From Pocillopora damicornis (taxonomy: Eukaryota), in assembly GCF_003704095.1 (NCBI RefSeq), contig NW_020844645.1, positions 186,001-250,000 of the forward strand: a DNA stretch of 64,000 bases. The letters run 5' to 3'. Made by a program: the position numbers and the translations under genes. The notes under the pieces were generated by a model. That model saw only the letters and a program-made list of their open reading frames with translations, did no database searches and was not told where the DNA came from. Positions 36,385 through 55,364 of this stretch are shown here, in pieces. Within the stretch, counting starts at the first letter, position 1. Each line of letters opens with the position of its first letter.

Positions 36385-37900
36385 ATGGACTGCGTTTACT
36401 AACCGAAGAAGATATTTCGGGAAGTTCGCTTGCTGGAAGAAAACCCTCAACACTGAAGAACTCCGAATTGGAGTTTTGGTTGCGCTGTCGCGGCGACTCG
36501 TGCAAAGGTCTGTCAACTAAAGCCCAGCTCGTAAAAAGGTAAGACTTATTGAATATTTAGGATCGTTTGCCGTGTGCGTTATGTAGAATTATGATTTGTA
36601 TTCTTTTATTTCAGGGTAGAGGAATATGTAAGCAGAAGGTTGGATCAAAATATTGTCGATCCAGATCCCGAGATGATTTACACGAAACGGAAGCTTCACC
36701 GTATGGGTGCGAATTCTTATAAAACGGCGGACGATGCAAGTGATATGGCAAGCTCATCAACACCATCACCTGGGACACAGTGGAAACCGAAAATTACATC
36801 GGACGGCTGGGGATCATCCCTTGAAAAGGCGCTTCTTTTTACAAGGGCAGAGATGGACAGACATATTGGAAAGTCTGGGAAACATATCGGTGGGGATAAA
36901 CATGCACATCATTCTGTTCCCATAGGCTTTAAAAAGGCTAAAACCTACCTTGAAGACGAATATTTACACGATATTCACACAAACTTTGACCAGCAGTACT
37001 TTTATTATCGTTGCAGATGCTTTCGTAGTTTTAAAAGGTACGAAAGCCCTCACAATTTAATTATTGCTTTATGCTTGATTTCTGGAGAGGTTGTTTATGC
37101 AAATTGTGGCCCCTCGTGTGCTGCCGGGAAATCCGGTTTTTGCAATCACGTTTTAGCTTTAATGCTGAAGATATGCTCGTACACTCTTTATAACTGTAGA
37201 AGTGTCACAGAACTACAGCATAAGGCAGACGAAAACTGTTCAGCAGCATGCACCTCAAACTTGCAGAGATGGCATCAACCCCACGTCGAAGGTATTTCAT
37301 CCTGCCCTGATATATTATGGAAGTTTCTGTTTCCAAAATACAAGTAGAGGGAGAGCACAAAAGTTGTGGTATTACAAGTCTGCTTTATGAAGCAAGAAAA
37401 GTCGATAGGAAATCAAAACTAAATGATTTTGTGGAGGCTGTACAAAAAAATAGATCCAACTCTGAGGTTGGTACAAACTTGTGAATTGAACACTAATGAC
37501 CCTGTTGACACAAGGTTTGGGGAAAGTCCTGCAGGGTCATTTGGATCTTACCAACTTGCATTCCAGGAATCTAACTTTAAAGTTACATGTAACTTAGCTC
37601 CAATTCAACCAGCTTCAAGAGCATCAAATTCCAAACCTTCTTATCCTTCACTGCCATTAGATGATTTGAATGATGAATTTGTGTTAGATCTGCCTGATGA
37701 TCTGGATATACTACAGAATAAACTATTAGATGAACTTAAGGTTATTATGCCTGATGCAAAAAAGATAGAAGAAAATACCAGGGATCAGCATAATTGTAAT
37801 GCTTGGACTGAAGAACGCAGGTATAGATTTACAGCTTCAAATTTTGGAAAGGTGTCAAGAAGAAAAAGAAATCATGAGAAGTTTTGTAATGACTTTTTTG
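36385..37900 (+). pseudogene. Transposon accessory gene: SAP-like + SWIM finger + YqaJ/lambda-exonuclease N-terminal part, frameshifted and truncated
   Basis: ELEFWLRCRG..TKAQLVKR|intron; CGPSCAAGKSGFCNHVLAL; IEENTRDQHNCNAWTEERRYRFTASNFG. Confidence 0.75.
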
Positions 37901-37959
37901 TGTACATGAGCAGGGGGCTTAGCATTGAAAGAATACACTTTGATGAAGAGCACTGGAAG

Positions 37960-39369
37960 AAAAACAGAGCAATGGAGGAAGGTTTAGCCCAATGCCTGGA
38001 GGGAGCAGGTCCTGCACTGTAAATCCCTTGTCTGCCATTACTGAATCTCCATTCTCAAACTTTTGATCTAAAATACCACTGTGTAGAACAATTTCCCTGT
38101 CTGAGATGTGTCCAGTGTAAACCTGGCTCACAAATGACAGTGCCCCACCTGGGGTTATTCCAACAAGGGCTTTCAGAGTGGTGTTATTTTTACAGGTACT
38201 AAAAAGTTCACTATTTAAACAAAGGCTGCAAGGCATTTGGCATTTAACTTTGGTGCAGTCTATTGTTATTCTAGTTGAGGAATATTTTTCTTTAAACTGC
38301 TCTGGCATGTGTTTGTTTATTTTTTCTCTAGAGGGCCACATGGGTACATCCTTAAGCCTTAAATATAAAAGGTTGACCCAGGTTATTATTATCCTGCTCA
38401 TTGTAGCTTGAGATATTCCATAGAGATGAGCAAGATGTTCCTCTGCGAAACCTTGTCTTAATCTAAACAAAGTAATAAAAAGTTCCTCTTTAGGATGCAG
38501 TAACCTTGGTCTTCCAGGCTTTGGAAATGTTTCTATGTATTCATCATTTTCTCTAAGAACAATTGTATCCTGGCCTGTGGATGATGAGTGCCAATAACGA
38601 ATATTTTCGCCATTCTCACCAGGGTCACATAAATTGTATAACGCATCAAATATTTCTTCATTAGCGAATCCAGTGTAAAACCACATAGACTTACTAAACC
38701 GATCTAAGGAAAAAGATTTCTTCTCCAAGTGATTGTACCGGGATGTCAAGTTGACAAGTTGTTGTTTTACTTCATTCAGTTTTATCACCAGGGCATTTGT
38801 TTTCTCCTTTTGTTTTTCAAGTTTATTTATCAACTCCACTACTTGTCTTTTCAGTTAATTCACATGCTTTCTTCTTGCGAAGTTCTAGACTCTTGAAAAG
38901 TACAATCGACCGCTAGGACTTCGTACGCCTTGTCAACATTCAAGCTAGTGTTACATGTATTTACTTCGAGCTTTTCGTCGGCAACCTTGTCAACATTTAA
39001 GCTTGTACCATTTACCTCGAGCTCTTCGTTGGCAACCTGAGGCCCCGCTTTAGAGACTACATGCCGGAGTTTTGGTAGTTCTCGCTTCTTAGGAGAATTT
39101 TTCTTCCACGAAAAAATGGAAGAAACAGCGGTAGGATGAAGTGTTCTTCTGCCAGCAAGTGTGCTCTGAAAATCTGAATCCTTGAAGTGTCTCGAGCAAA
39201 CCCTCGTGTGCCAAGATATCCTGAAGTGGCGACCAACATCTCTTCGAACAGCTCGAATCCATGCAGCTAATAGGTCTTTATTTTTTGGAAATTTGTGGAA
39301 AGATATATTCCAGTCTTCCTCCCGATAGACCTTTTTCGTGCAATTCGGAACACAGCAGTTTTACGGCAT
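37960..39369 (-). pseudogene. THAP + HTH + Harbinger-type DDE transposase, disrupted
   Basis: MP*NCCVPNC..SFHKFP..WIRAVRR..RVCSRHF (THAP, stop at codon 3); LFITLFRLRQG..LAHLYGISQAT; IDCT; MADKGF; C-terminus missing. Confidence 0.85.
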
Positions 39370-39581
39370 TTTGTTTACAGAACAAACACAGATGGCCCTT
39401 ATGACCTCGTTTTCGTGCAACTCGCCCCAGCTTTTAACGGTTGGCGGCCATTTTGGAATAAGGTGTATTAGGTGACTTAGAGAAATTGACCCTGCTTTCA
39501 ACACAGTCACGTAACCTTTCGTAGCCATATCAGAGGCCAATTGCTGTTGAATCATATAATCGCATTGCTTACACAACGGGA

Positions 39582-42500
39582 ATGGAAAGTTTGCCTGTAT
39601 TCCAAGTGAAAGTAAACGAGTGGACATCGGAGAAGTATTTTGATGTTTTAGGCATGAAAATTCCAGTATTTTTTACTCCTAACCCTACGTTACTGTCCGA
39701 CGTCATCTCCAATTTCCAAACGAGAGCTGAAGATGTGTTCGTGGTTACCTACCCCAAGTCAGGTTTGTGAAAATATAAAAAAAGGTTTAACTTTCAAACT
39801 GTGCCAAAACGCTTGGTCATTGCGAACCAGATACTTCCCTTGAAGTTTTATCGTTTCTTCGTTGACCCCGTGTGATCGCATCGTTGTTATAACCTAAAAG
39901 TGGAAGAAAAACTTGCCGCCTAAATAAAAAAGCGATTNNNNNNNNNNNNNNNNNNNNNNNNNNNNNNNNNNNNNNNNNNNNNNNNNNNNNNNNNNNNNNN
40001 NNNNNNNNNNNNNNNNNNNNNNNNNNNNNNNNNNNNNGTATATTACAAAGAAACCTCCAAGTACTAAAAAGTGAATGGCAAAGTTTGATTCGACTACAAA
40101 GTATGACTAGATACAAATATTTCGCAATCATTTACAGCGTACTTGCACTATTGCAGATATATACACGTTGCATGTCTTTCTATGTGCTAGGTACAAGATA
40201 CAATTTAAAAAGGTACTAATTTTTCTTCCAATTCTTAAACAATGGCTTTTTTATTCATCAACAAACGATACTGCCAATGGAGAGACGATTCCATTTTCGC
40301 CACAGGAGCTACGCGTTATTTGCGTGACCGTTAGGAACCAGATCATACATGTTCGCCTTCATTGCGCCGCATATTAAGTAGTCTCCGTCACAGTCTCTCA
40401 TGCGCGAATTGGATTAGAAACAAGGCAACAACGAGTAAAGCATTTTGATTTCTTTCTCTTGTAGTTATCAATCTTGCTTATATCTATTTCTGTTAAATCC
40501 TTCAACCGCAATTGAAATGGCTAAAAAAAACATACCCTTAGCAGTAGCACGCAGTGACAAGCGAGCTCCAGAGGCAGATTTGTCATGACTCCGCTAAAAA
40601 TTGGGTGTAGTACCCTTTCCGATCAGATTTTCGCGTCAACTTGAACGAAAATCGTTTCCCTGTAGATGTCTTTTACAGATTAACTGTAATTTCGAACCAT
40701 CAGCAGAGCGAACCCCAGGAGTCTGGCTATCTCGTAATGGCTCTGCTCTCCACAGAATCTCACTGGCTCTGGGTGAACCAATTTTGAAACAAAAGTGGGG
40801 AGGGGGGCAACCTCCCCTATAAAATTTTGAAGTTGTGATCTCGAGGATTAATCTGCAGTGAACCAAACTTTTTTTTATCGCTTTCTCATCCTCTGTCTTA
40901 TCTTCTTCATACGTACTTCATACTAAACCAAAAAAAAAAAATTTGTCCTTGCAAACAGGTGGGTGGCTAAATCCCCACCACCCATCTTCGCCATCGCTGG
41001 GCTAGTAGGCAACATAATAAGGACTTAAAGGTCAAAACCACGGTCGCTGGAACTTGCAATTTATGTCGGTTTAACAATATTTCACTTTTTTGAAATCTTG
41101 CCATAATACTATCTCTTGGTTTTGCCCGATACACCTTACATATCATAACTAACACACAGCTTTTGATGTTATTTACTTTTTCAGGGACAAATTGGCTTGC
41201 AGAAATTGTCTCGCAAATTTACAACGAAGGCAACCTGTCAGAAAAACGAGGTTTCCTCCTGGAAAGAGCACTACACTCACACCAACCAAATTCCCCAACG
41301 CCTGATCTCAGCGCCCTGCCAAGTCCAAGGATTTTTAAGACACATCTACCTTACAATGTGATCCCTAAATCACCTAACAAGGACACGGTGTGCAAATACA
41401 TTTACGTTGCTCGAAATCCAAAGGACGTTGTGGTATCTTATTATTTTTTCTGGTCAGGCATTTCATCATCGCGGCGTGGGCCGTGGGAATTTTTTGCCAA
41501 ACTATTCGTTGAAGGAAATGGTAGGTTCTTTACGTTAGAAAAATTATACATTTAGCCTTATTTCTGCTATCTTCCGATTGTTTTATTCTCTGATTTTATT
41601 CGACAGCTGTTAGCTTTCAAAAAGCCCCCTCCTCACACCCCTCTCCACCCCCAAAACATCCTCTCCTCTTATCTAAAAACCACCCCCACCAAATGAGGAA
41701 CAGTTTAAGAGGAACAAACGTCTTTCTACTCAACGAAGTTGGTTGTTTCTATTTTTTAAGTCCCCTGGAACCACTGGAATGACCATGTTCTGGACTGGTG
41801 GAAGCACAAAGATGATGCTAACATCTTGTTTGTTAAATATGAAGATCTAAAAAAGGTTTGTTGTAGTCTTAAGAAACCCCTCAATTCCACAACCGATCAA
41901 CATGTCAGTTATCCTCACTATCTGATTCAGTGGACTGGTGGCGAGAATAGACTGACGTTAAGTGTCAGTTCATGTCAATCTCCCGAGTGGCGCGGAGTGC
42001 AACGTTTATTCTTTCCCACCAATAAGCGCCAGCCAATCAAATTTTACCCCATAAATCTCGACAGCAGTTCCTGGAAATTCTAAAAAATATGCGAATTATT
42101 TCATCTAATATCCTTCTAGAATAAGATGGCGATCTGCCAACGACACAAAAATGTTGCACCCGAAGTAACTTCAACAGGCAATAACCTCGGCATTATCAAC
42201 AGGACAGTTAACCCACCATTTGGCGACCGTAAATCAAACTGGCTATGACCGCCATTATGAGAGAATACACTTTGCCCAATACAACAGGACATACTTAACC
42301 GCTGTCCGCACGAATTGTTTTTGGAAACGTCGAGAAAGAACAGAACAATAAAACACCAATATGCTTACCTCACTTTGACTTTAGATTGTGAAAATGAGTT
42401 ATTAGAACGTCTCAAATTGTTGCATGACTGCCGAACACAGGCCGCCAAATTGCTGACTTACACTCCAAATTTAGTCGCCATTTTTTTTTACTTTAGTCGC

Positions 42501-43019
42501 CAAGGTAGAGACCTTCACGGTGACCTCTCGGAGCGCCGGTTTTACGTATTATTTGATAATTCATGGGTTTTGGTTGGTTATAACATTGATACTGATATTT
42601 CAAAGCATAAGTGCTGTTTAATCTCTTTGACCCTGGGAGAGAGTTTTGCCCTACTGCTGGCTAAATACCAAACATTAATCGTGCAAATTAGGAACAAGTT
42701 CGTATACAAAAGAGCAAATCCCCTTGTCTTTTAGGATCTACTCTCCCATGTTCGGTCAATCGCAGACTTCCTCAACAGGCCACTGACTGATGATATTATC
42801 AGTCGCATCGCTGAGCAAAGCAGCTTCAGCGCAATGAAGAAAGACCGTGATTCAGTTCTTACAGTTCCATTCAAGGATGGCCGAAATGTGCCGATTCTTC
42901 GGAAGGGCGTGGTCGGTGACTGGAAAAATTACTTTACTCCGGAGTTGAACGAGAGATTTGAGAAGGAGGTGCTGGCAAAATTACAAGGAAGTGGACTAGA
43001 GTTTGATTTTGAAATATAG
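39582..43019 (+). CDS. Cytosolic sulfotransferase copy E, intact; exons 39582-39762, 41185-41520, 41761-41855, 42735-43019
   Basis: VVTYPKSG|TNW, FKTHLP, YVARNPKDVVVSYY, KYEDL, RKGVVGDWKNYFT; all splice phases compatible. Confidence 0.92.
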
Positions 43020-44293
43020 AAGGATACAGAACAACGACTGTAGCAAACAAAGAATAACTTAGATCAGAGAGCATGGAGTCGATGTTGAAATCCCACTGAA
43101 ATTAATGTACCTGTCTGATCAACAGGACATGAAACAGAATCTTTTCGAGAAATGCCAATTTTGTTAGAAATCTATGCTTAGTGATACTTGCAAATGCCCG
43201 TTTACACGAAAAAAAAATTATTTCAAAAAAATTATTTCAAAATCCAGTAACCATGAAAATTGTAAGAATGTTGATGGTGTTATGGTCTCAAAGGAATTCC
43301 CAGCTTCCTATTTTGTAAATTATACGTACATAAGCACATGAATATGGGAAACAGTTCCCTAGTGTATTGCATTTGACCTGAAATGGGTAAACAAAATATA
43401 CCAGCTTTACCCAATTTTCAAGCTTTTCAGGTTAAGGTATCACTTCAGACTCCCCATTTTATTGCAAATACATATTTATTACCATACTCCTTTTGGTCAT
43501 TGCTTCTTCCTGACAAACTAAAAAGAAATTTTCCTTTATCATCGCGCCGTTTCTAAAAACGTATTTTGTTAAGGAGAACCCTCGCGGTTAAGCTCACTCT
43601 CCACTCTTCAATCTCTCTCTGAAAACCTACTTCATACTGAAAGCTGTAGATCTATTTCAGGTTTAGACTAGGTAACTATAGCATAATAAACTAAAATAGA
43701 ATAAAACTAGCCGTTCATGCTACAAGTCATAAATTTTATTTTTGTTGCCCTCTAGTTGGGCTTCCCTTCCCTAGCATCAGAGATGCAGTACTGTAAACAC
43801 TCAATTGCAAACGAAACCTTTCAAGAAAGATTGTTTTGATGAACATACTCCAGCTTCAATCGCAGGCAGCTCTCTTACCCAAACACCCTAAAAATGACAA
43901 AAAGGTGTCCACAACTGGGGTAAGCTGCTCGCGATGCGCTATGAGGAACCAGTCATTATTCATGGCCTGGGGGCTGAAGGATTTTTCTCAGGGGGGGTTG
44001 AATAGTTTTTGAGGAGGAACGGAGAGGGATTAGTTGTAGCACAATATAACAGAGCATAAAGGGTTAACCTCCAATGAGGGAGGGGAAGGGGTCACAAGAA
44101 TATGACAGAGCCTTATGGGGGGGGGGGGGGGGGGGGGGGGGGGGAAATCAGGTCAATTTCATTGTGACACATACAGAATCCTCAACCTCCCCAAAGGTGA
44201 TAAACACTTCCATGTTGATTATACTGTAGAAACTTGGACAGCACTTTTATAATTGTCAGACAAAGAATAAAGGTAACTAGAATTTTGAGTCCA

Positions 44294-49366
<5,073 letters not shown>

Positions 49367-50768
49367 AACTCGAGAACAATTGATATTGTTTTGTGTCCTT
49401 GGAACCCCTTGCGCAGAACCACCTACGCACGGCCCAAGACGAGGAACTTGTACTAGCAGTGCACTCTGGGATATCGTTATCTGCTCAGAAGAAGACGCCT
49501 TGATTTTTTCGTTCGTCTGAGATCTTGGCTAGGTAATAATCATCTCGGAACTGAATCTTAGAGCGTTTAAATCGTTCAATCGCTTTCTTATGATGGAAGA
49601 TTTGGGGAAGTGAGTGAAACTAGTGTTTGTATAGTCGTGGAATTGAGAAAATACAAAGTTGTTTTTGAAATTTGTAGCGTGCAGGCGCTCTGCGCTATCA
49701 CTTTGCTATGATTTACACTGCGCTTCGATTTAGTTGCCGTCGTTCATCTGGATTTGAGGTATGATTGCTAACTACCAAAAATGTGCGTTTGTCTCTCAGG
49801 GAATCAGAAGATCAGGCTGGTGTGAATGAGATGCAAGAAATAAATTCTCTAAAATGGTTGACAAAGAAGGTTTTCGAACAGACTTCTCGAAAACTGAAGA
49901 AAAAGCCATCTCAAACGCGTTTGCACCTGGATTTGGAACAGGTTGTGTCTTCTTTGAAAAGTCAATCTGCTAAAGATACCGTAAGCAGTCAAATAATTGT
50001 GTTTTCATTTATTTCACTGTCTCGAAAGAACATATTTCATGATTAGGAATATAAACGTATTACCACAAATGTCGTTACACGTTTGTACTACTATGATTGT
50101 TACGAGCTTTTATTAAATATAAAAAATGCAACTCAGTTCTCTCTGTTAGCAGTTAAAAGGAATGTAGGGGAAAAGGGCCTGCATAATTAAGGTCTCTGAC
50201 TATTTCCCTGAAATGCAAACTCCCTCACAGTAAAGGTAAAATTTCATCATGATGATATGTGATTGGCCAAAGGCTACATTACACGTGTTGTGTAAACTGC
50301 CTTTTGTTGCAAGAAATCAAGCTAGATTTAAAGTACTTTTACCTGAAGTTGATTTTGACTAATGGTACACAACATTTCATTTCATTCTGTGCCTTATCAT
50401 TTCTGTTGAATATTCTTTAACCACTTTAAATTTTGTATGTTTATTGAAGGTCTTGAGGCAGGATTCTTCAGCAGGTACACCCAAAATGTGAGTTCTATGC
50501 ATGCATTCCCCCATAAAATTAATGAACTGTAGGCTGTTGGATCTGCACTGCACATAAAATTGCTTAGAATTACATGTAAAATTGTATGGCAGTATTGCAC
50601 GAGGTAGATATTCTTACCTTTGGTCAAGAAGGATTCTTAAAGGATGTGAGATTTTTTTACAAAATAGAAAGCTTCCTTGTCAGTTACTTCACTTTCGATC
50701 AGTATGTTTTTAATGATATTAATGATAGTAATTATTGCTATTGTTAAATTACTATGTTTTGCAGCAAA

Positions 50769-53700
50769 ATGACACGTAAGAGAACTCCAACCAAATTGAC
50801 AAATAATGAAGTTAAAGAATTTTACAACTTCATCTTAAACAAGAGAGATGGAAGAAGAAAACTGAAACCAAAACTGAAAAACCAAGATGGAGGAATGGAT
50901 GGTGTAACAGATCAGAGCTCAGAAGCTTCTAGTACAACAGCAGCTAGCTCGGCAGAGTGTGCATCAACAGATCTCCCTGTTGCTGGATTAACAGCAGGTC
51001 CTCAGTTGCCAGCACCTGTAATGATTACTGTTGATGCCCAAGGCAATCCAATTCAGTTACCTTTGATGACACCACAGCTTCTGCCATTAACCGGTGGCAC
51101 ACAGCCTGCTCTTGTGTTTTTCTTGGGGCCATCTGGCATGGTTCCTTCAGGAGATTCTCCACTTGTTTCTAATGCTAGTTCTAATGCACCACTTGGAAAT
51201 GCAGTGTACTTCACTCAGCCAGTTACTCTGAATGTCATTCCTCAAGATGCATCCTTAAATGGAGGAGTTATAGAGAAAGCTTTGGAACTTGCACAGTTTC
51301 AATCAAATCCTGAACAAAGTGATCCTCAGCTGCCATCACAGAACATAACAACAGAGTTGATGATCTCAGAGGGAAATAGCTCTATTCCCTCCAATATAAC
51401 TAGTTCCAATTTGCAAGGATCGTTTCCCATTGATCACTCATTTGGCTCTATGCCAAATATTTCTCAGAATGTAGTCATAACACAGTCAGTTGCTGCTGGA
51501 GAAAGTGTACCCATTGAGAATGTATCAGAGTCTGTTACTGTGAAAACTTCGCAGATCATGCAAAATCAGGGTTTGTTTGATTTGCGGCCTATTTTGGACG
51601 AAACACGAGCACAATTGGCAGATTCAGCAGATACCAGTACAGAGACTGCACCAGAAAACTTTGCAGATGATGTACCTAAACTTGTTTATAGGAAAAAAGT
51701 CTTACAAATTCGTGAAGTAATGACTCAGACAGGTGGTGAATCAGAGGTGTACATTGTCAGTGAAAGAAAACTGGATTGTGAGGAAGATACACCTGTTGAT
51801 GGGCCACTAGAAAATGAAAATACAGACAGTAACTCAAAGAAACCAGGTTTGTTTTGTTATTGTACCTAGTAATATGGGAACTTTGTTTCTTTGTTTAGGC
51901 AACAGAACAACTAAAACATATCAAATAATAGATGGGAACCCCACCTGTTCATGTACTCTGCACTCTATACCCTCTATCAAAGCCAAGATCATAGATCTGA
52001 TATGAATTTTTGGGATTTCATAATGTATATCTGGTCATTGACCGAAGGCTGAATTTCCTCTTTTCTCAGCAAGAGTAAAGCAATTTGGGTGTGACAAATG
52101 TGAGAAGAAATTTTACACAAACAATCTCCTAAGACGCCACCAAACCAGTCACCAAGAGGCAAGACCTTTTAGCTGTGAGGTAACATACTGAAATTGAGTT
52201 TTTGGTGTGAATAATAATTTATTTTTTCACAGTTGGCAAATGCAACATGGGAAGTCCAGGTGTATTTACACTGTACACCTGTTTCTTTGTTATGCTTATT
52301 AAATTAAGACTACCTGGTACATATGCCAATAATAAGACTGCAGATACTAATTATCTTGTTTAAGCAGACATTTTTACTTGATACTCTCAGAAAACGTAAA
52401 ATTAGTGTTTATTTCTAAATGAAAATTGTGAAATGAAAATTGTTATTTTTGTATTAAGCATTGTAATTGAACAAAATAAAAATTTCATGATCAGATGATG
52501 TTTTGCAAGGTACGGTTGAGAAATTACACAAACCCTTAAAAAGCAGTTACAGCCATTTCTGTGCTCACCAGCTATGATATTTTTCTGTGAAAACCTCAGT
52601 GTTGGTCCTTGAGTGTGAAAAATAAGATTTCAGCACAACCAATTTCTGTTTCTTTCAGGAATGTCAGAAAGGATTTAGAACTTCTAATGAGCTCACTATC
52701 CACAAGGCCATTCATGTGGAAGTCAAGCAATACAAATGCGAATTCTGTGGAAAAGAGTTTAGGACTAAAGGATGTATTAAGTCACACATCAAGTATCACA
52801 TTGGTGAGAATCAGATTTTTGTTTGTTATTAACCCTTTGATTCTCCTATCAATCTGCTACAGTACATCCACTGTATTTCCTTGTAAATTAGTTTTGAGAA
52901 TTTGGTGTTAGAATAAGGTAATAACTCTTTCTTGATAAGATTGAGCACTTTCATTGGTTGTTTGCCAGTTAAGATATGGATATTATAGGGAGAAGTGACA
53001 TATTAGTCACTTGGAGTGAAGGGATTAATAGTTTTTTGTTTTTTTTTGGATAACTATTTGCGAAAGTACGATTGTTGATGGAAAGTAGTTCTTACCAATT
53101 GTAACTGCTGGATTTGACTGATAATACATATGAAAGGAAAAATATTTCTTTCAACTTCATCATCACAACACTGAAAAGCCATTTTCACCAAATAGTCTTT
53201 ACAAATGCTAGGTTGTTGCACATATCAACAGTGAAGTTTTGAAACAAACAAAGTCAAGCAATGATAGCATATAAAGTTTGCATCAATCACATACAACAAT
53301 GATGGAACTTGAAACTTGGGTATTAATTTGTCAGCATTAGTGGTCTATCAACTTAAAGTGACTTTGATGGTCGTTTAACCCTTAAATCTTTAATAGTGAC
53401 TGGTTTTTAATTCTCCTTACAGTATCATGCTTGAATCAAATGGAAAGGTCATGAGATTTAAGGGAGTGATCATTAATTTTGGAATTAAACAAATTTCCTT
53501 GTGACTACCAGAAATTTAAAGAGAACATTGTGAAGAATAGGAATAGTAATTTTAGAGTTTGTAGGATTGATGTGCCTTTTGTTTCCAGGTGTAAATCCAG
53601 AGAATATAGTAAGGTATCATTGCGAAGAATAAAATCTTGGTTAACTTATCTTTTAGAACATTTGTATTCACTGATCATCTAATTTTGATCCTGTATTGTT

Positions 53701-54737
53701 TTTTAAGGAGACAAAAGGCACAAGTGCACAGATTGTGGCAGAGCATTTGTCAAAAGTGCAGATCTCAAACGACATATGGCAGGACACAGAAATGAGAAGA
53801 AGTTTGTGTGTGAAGATTGTGGTTCAGCCTTTACGCGTCGAGATAACTTGAAAGCACATAGACTCCTGCATACCAGGGAGTCTGTGGTTACATGTGACTT
53901 GTGTTCCAAGGAGTTCATCAATGCAGTTTACTTGAAGAGACATATGCACATACACAAGCAGGCTAAGAAGAAACCCTACGAGTAAGTCAGGTCTCCATGT
54001 ATGCAGTTGTAGGTAACATCTAAGAATTGAGATTTTATGTGAGGTACTACAACAACACAATGCAAGCACAGCCACCCATGGAATTGCTGGAACAAGTAAT
54101 TCAAACTTTGAATGTTTCAGGTGCTTGAGATAATCTATAGATGTAGGCCTTTGTACTTCATGGTCTTTATATAAGACTTGGTCTTTTTTTTTATAAGTGC
54201 ACAGTTTTTCTAAGTTATTTCCCAAGATACAGTGTAACACACAAATGACACGTTTGCATTGAAAATTCAATTGGACACATGTTAAACAACTTCCCTCTGA
54301 TGGGAAATGTTGATGTTTGAAATGATCTCATAGTTGTAAAACAAGTATCTCACTAGTTGTAATGCTAGGATAATCTGAAACCATAGAAGAACTTAAATCT
54401 GTTCATTAAGTTGTTCTGTAGTTCCAACATATGAGTTAACAAATAAAGAAGTAAGACAATTTTGAAATGAATAAGTTGTCAAAACTGTGGAATTGTTTGG
54501 AAAATTTTGTAGCTTTAAAATTTTCCACTTCCTGTGCTTTACTTATGCAGGTGTCAGTGGTGCCCAAAGACATATGAACAGCTGGAGGGATTGAGACGAC
54601 ACATTCGCCAACATGTTGGGGATGAAAAATTTGTTTGTAAAGATTGTGGAAAAAAGTTTATAACCAGCATCCAACTCAAACGACATCTTTGGCTATCACA
54701 TGATCAAGACAGTCCTTACAGAAGATCTATTTTGTAG
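50769..54737 (+). CDS. C2H2 zinc-finger protein (8 fingers, long low-complexity N-terminal region); exons 50769-51846, 52070-52179, 52659-52803, 53708-53981, 54551-54737; start uncertain
   Basis: Spliced fingers CDKC, CEEC, CEFC, CTDC, CEDC, CDLC, CQWC, CKDC, each with F/Y..L..HxxxH-type pattern; phases compatible. Confidence 0.85.
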
Positions 54738-55364
54738 AGACCTAGGATATGAACCTTGTGAAATGATACTTAGTGATTTTTTGAATTTACATGTACCACC
54801 TGCACATAAAGATACACCATTGAACAAAAAGAACAATTACTTTGATAATAGTGATAAATTGCTGTTTTGCACCAAATTTAAAACCCTTTGCAGAGGTTAT
54901 CATAAAGTGTTACAAGTTTGTTTTCCTTACTCAGTACATAGTACTAAAAATGGACCACCAATATTTAATCCTTTGGAGGGTGCCATTACCTCAGTACATT
55001 TACATCCTATGGCATAACGCTTTCTTAGACAGGCAAGAGTAGTTCACCAATTACTAGTTTCTGAAAGATTTTGATACTAAACAAACAATATACTCAATAG
55101 TACAGTATTTCTATTTAGATTAAAATTAAATGGGAACGAATTCAAACAAGTTCAGTACTGTAAGTAACACTTCAAAGAATAAAACTTGCATAATGCTTTC
55201 TTTCTTGTTTTCTTTATTATTACATTTCCACTAACTCACATCTCATGGAGCCACATATTGGTCTGTGCCACTTTTTCCAGTCCTTCTCATGCTATCTTGT
55301 AGGGCCATAATACAAGGAATTTTTTTTATGTGTTTCATATGGTCATGATAGGTAATTTAGTGTT

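Larger units (their letters stand above)
36211..39467. mobile_element. ISL2EU/PIF-Harbinger-type DNA transposon, defective, with 75-bp TIRs (36211-36285, 39393-39467)
   Basis: tacaccttattcc(ag/aa)aatggccgccaaccg..gggcca inverted at both ends with few mismatches; encloses two convergent transposon genes. Confidence 0.88.

Noticed and set aside
40373-42560. Possible insertions in SULT E introns 1 and 3
   Set aside because: Look repeat-derived, but no convincing TIR, TSD or coding remnant was identified
44117-44144. 28-nt poly-G as a functional G-quadruplex
   Set aside because: Homopolymer length is unreliable and nothing else supports a function
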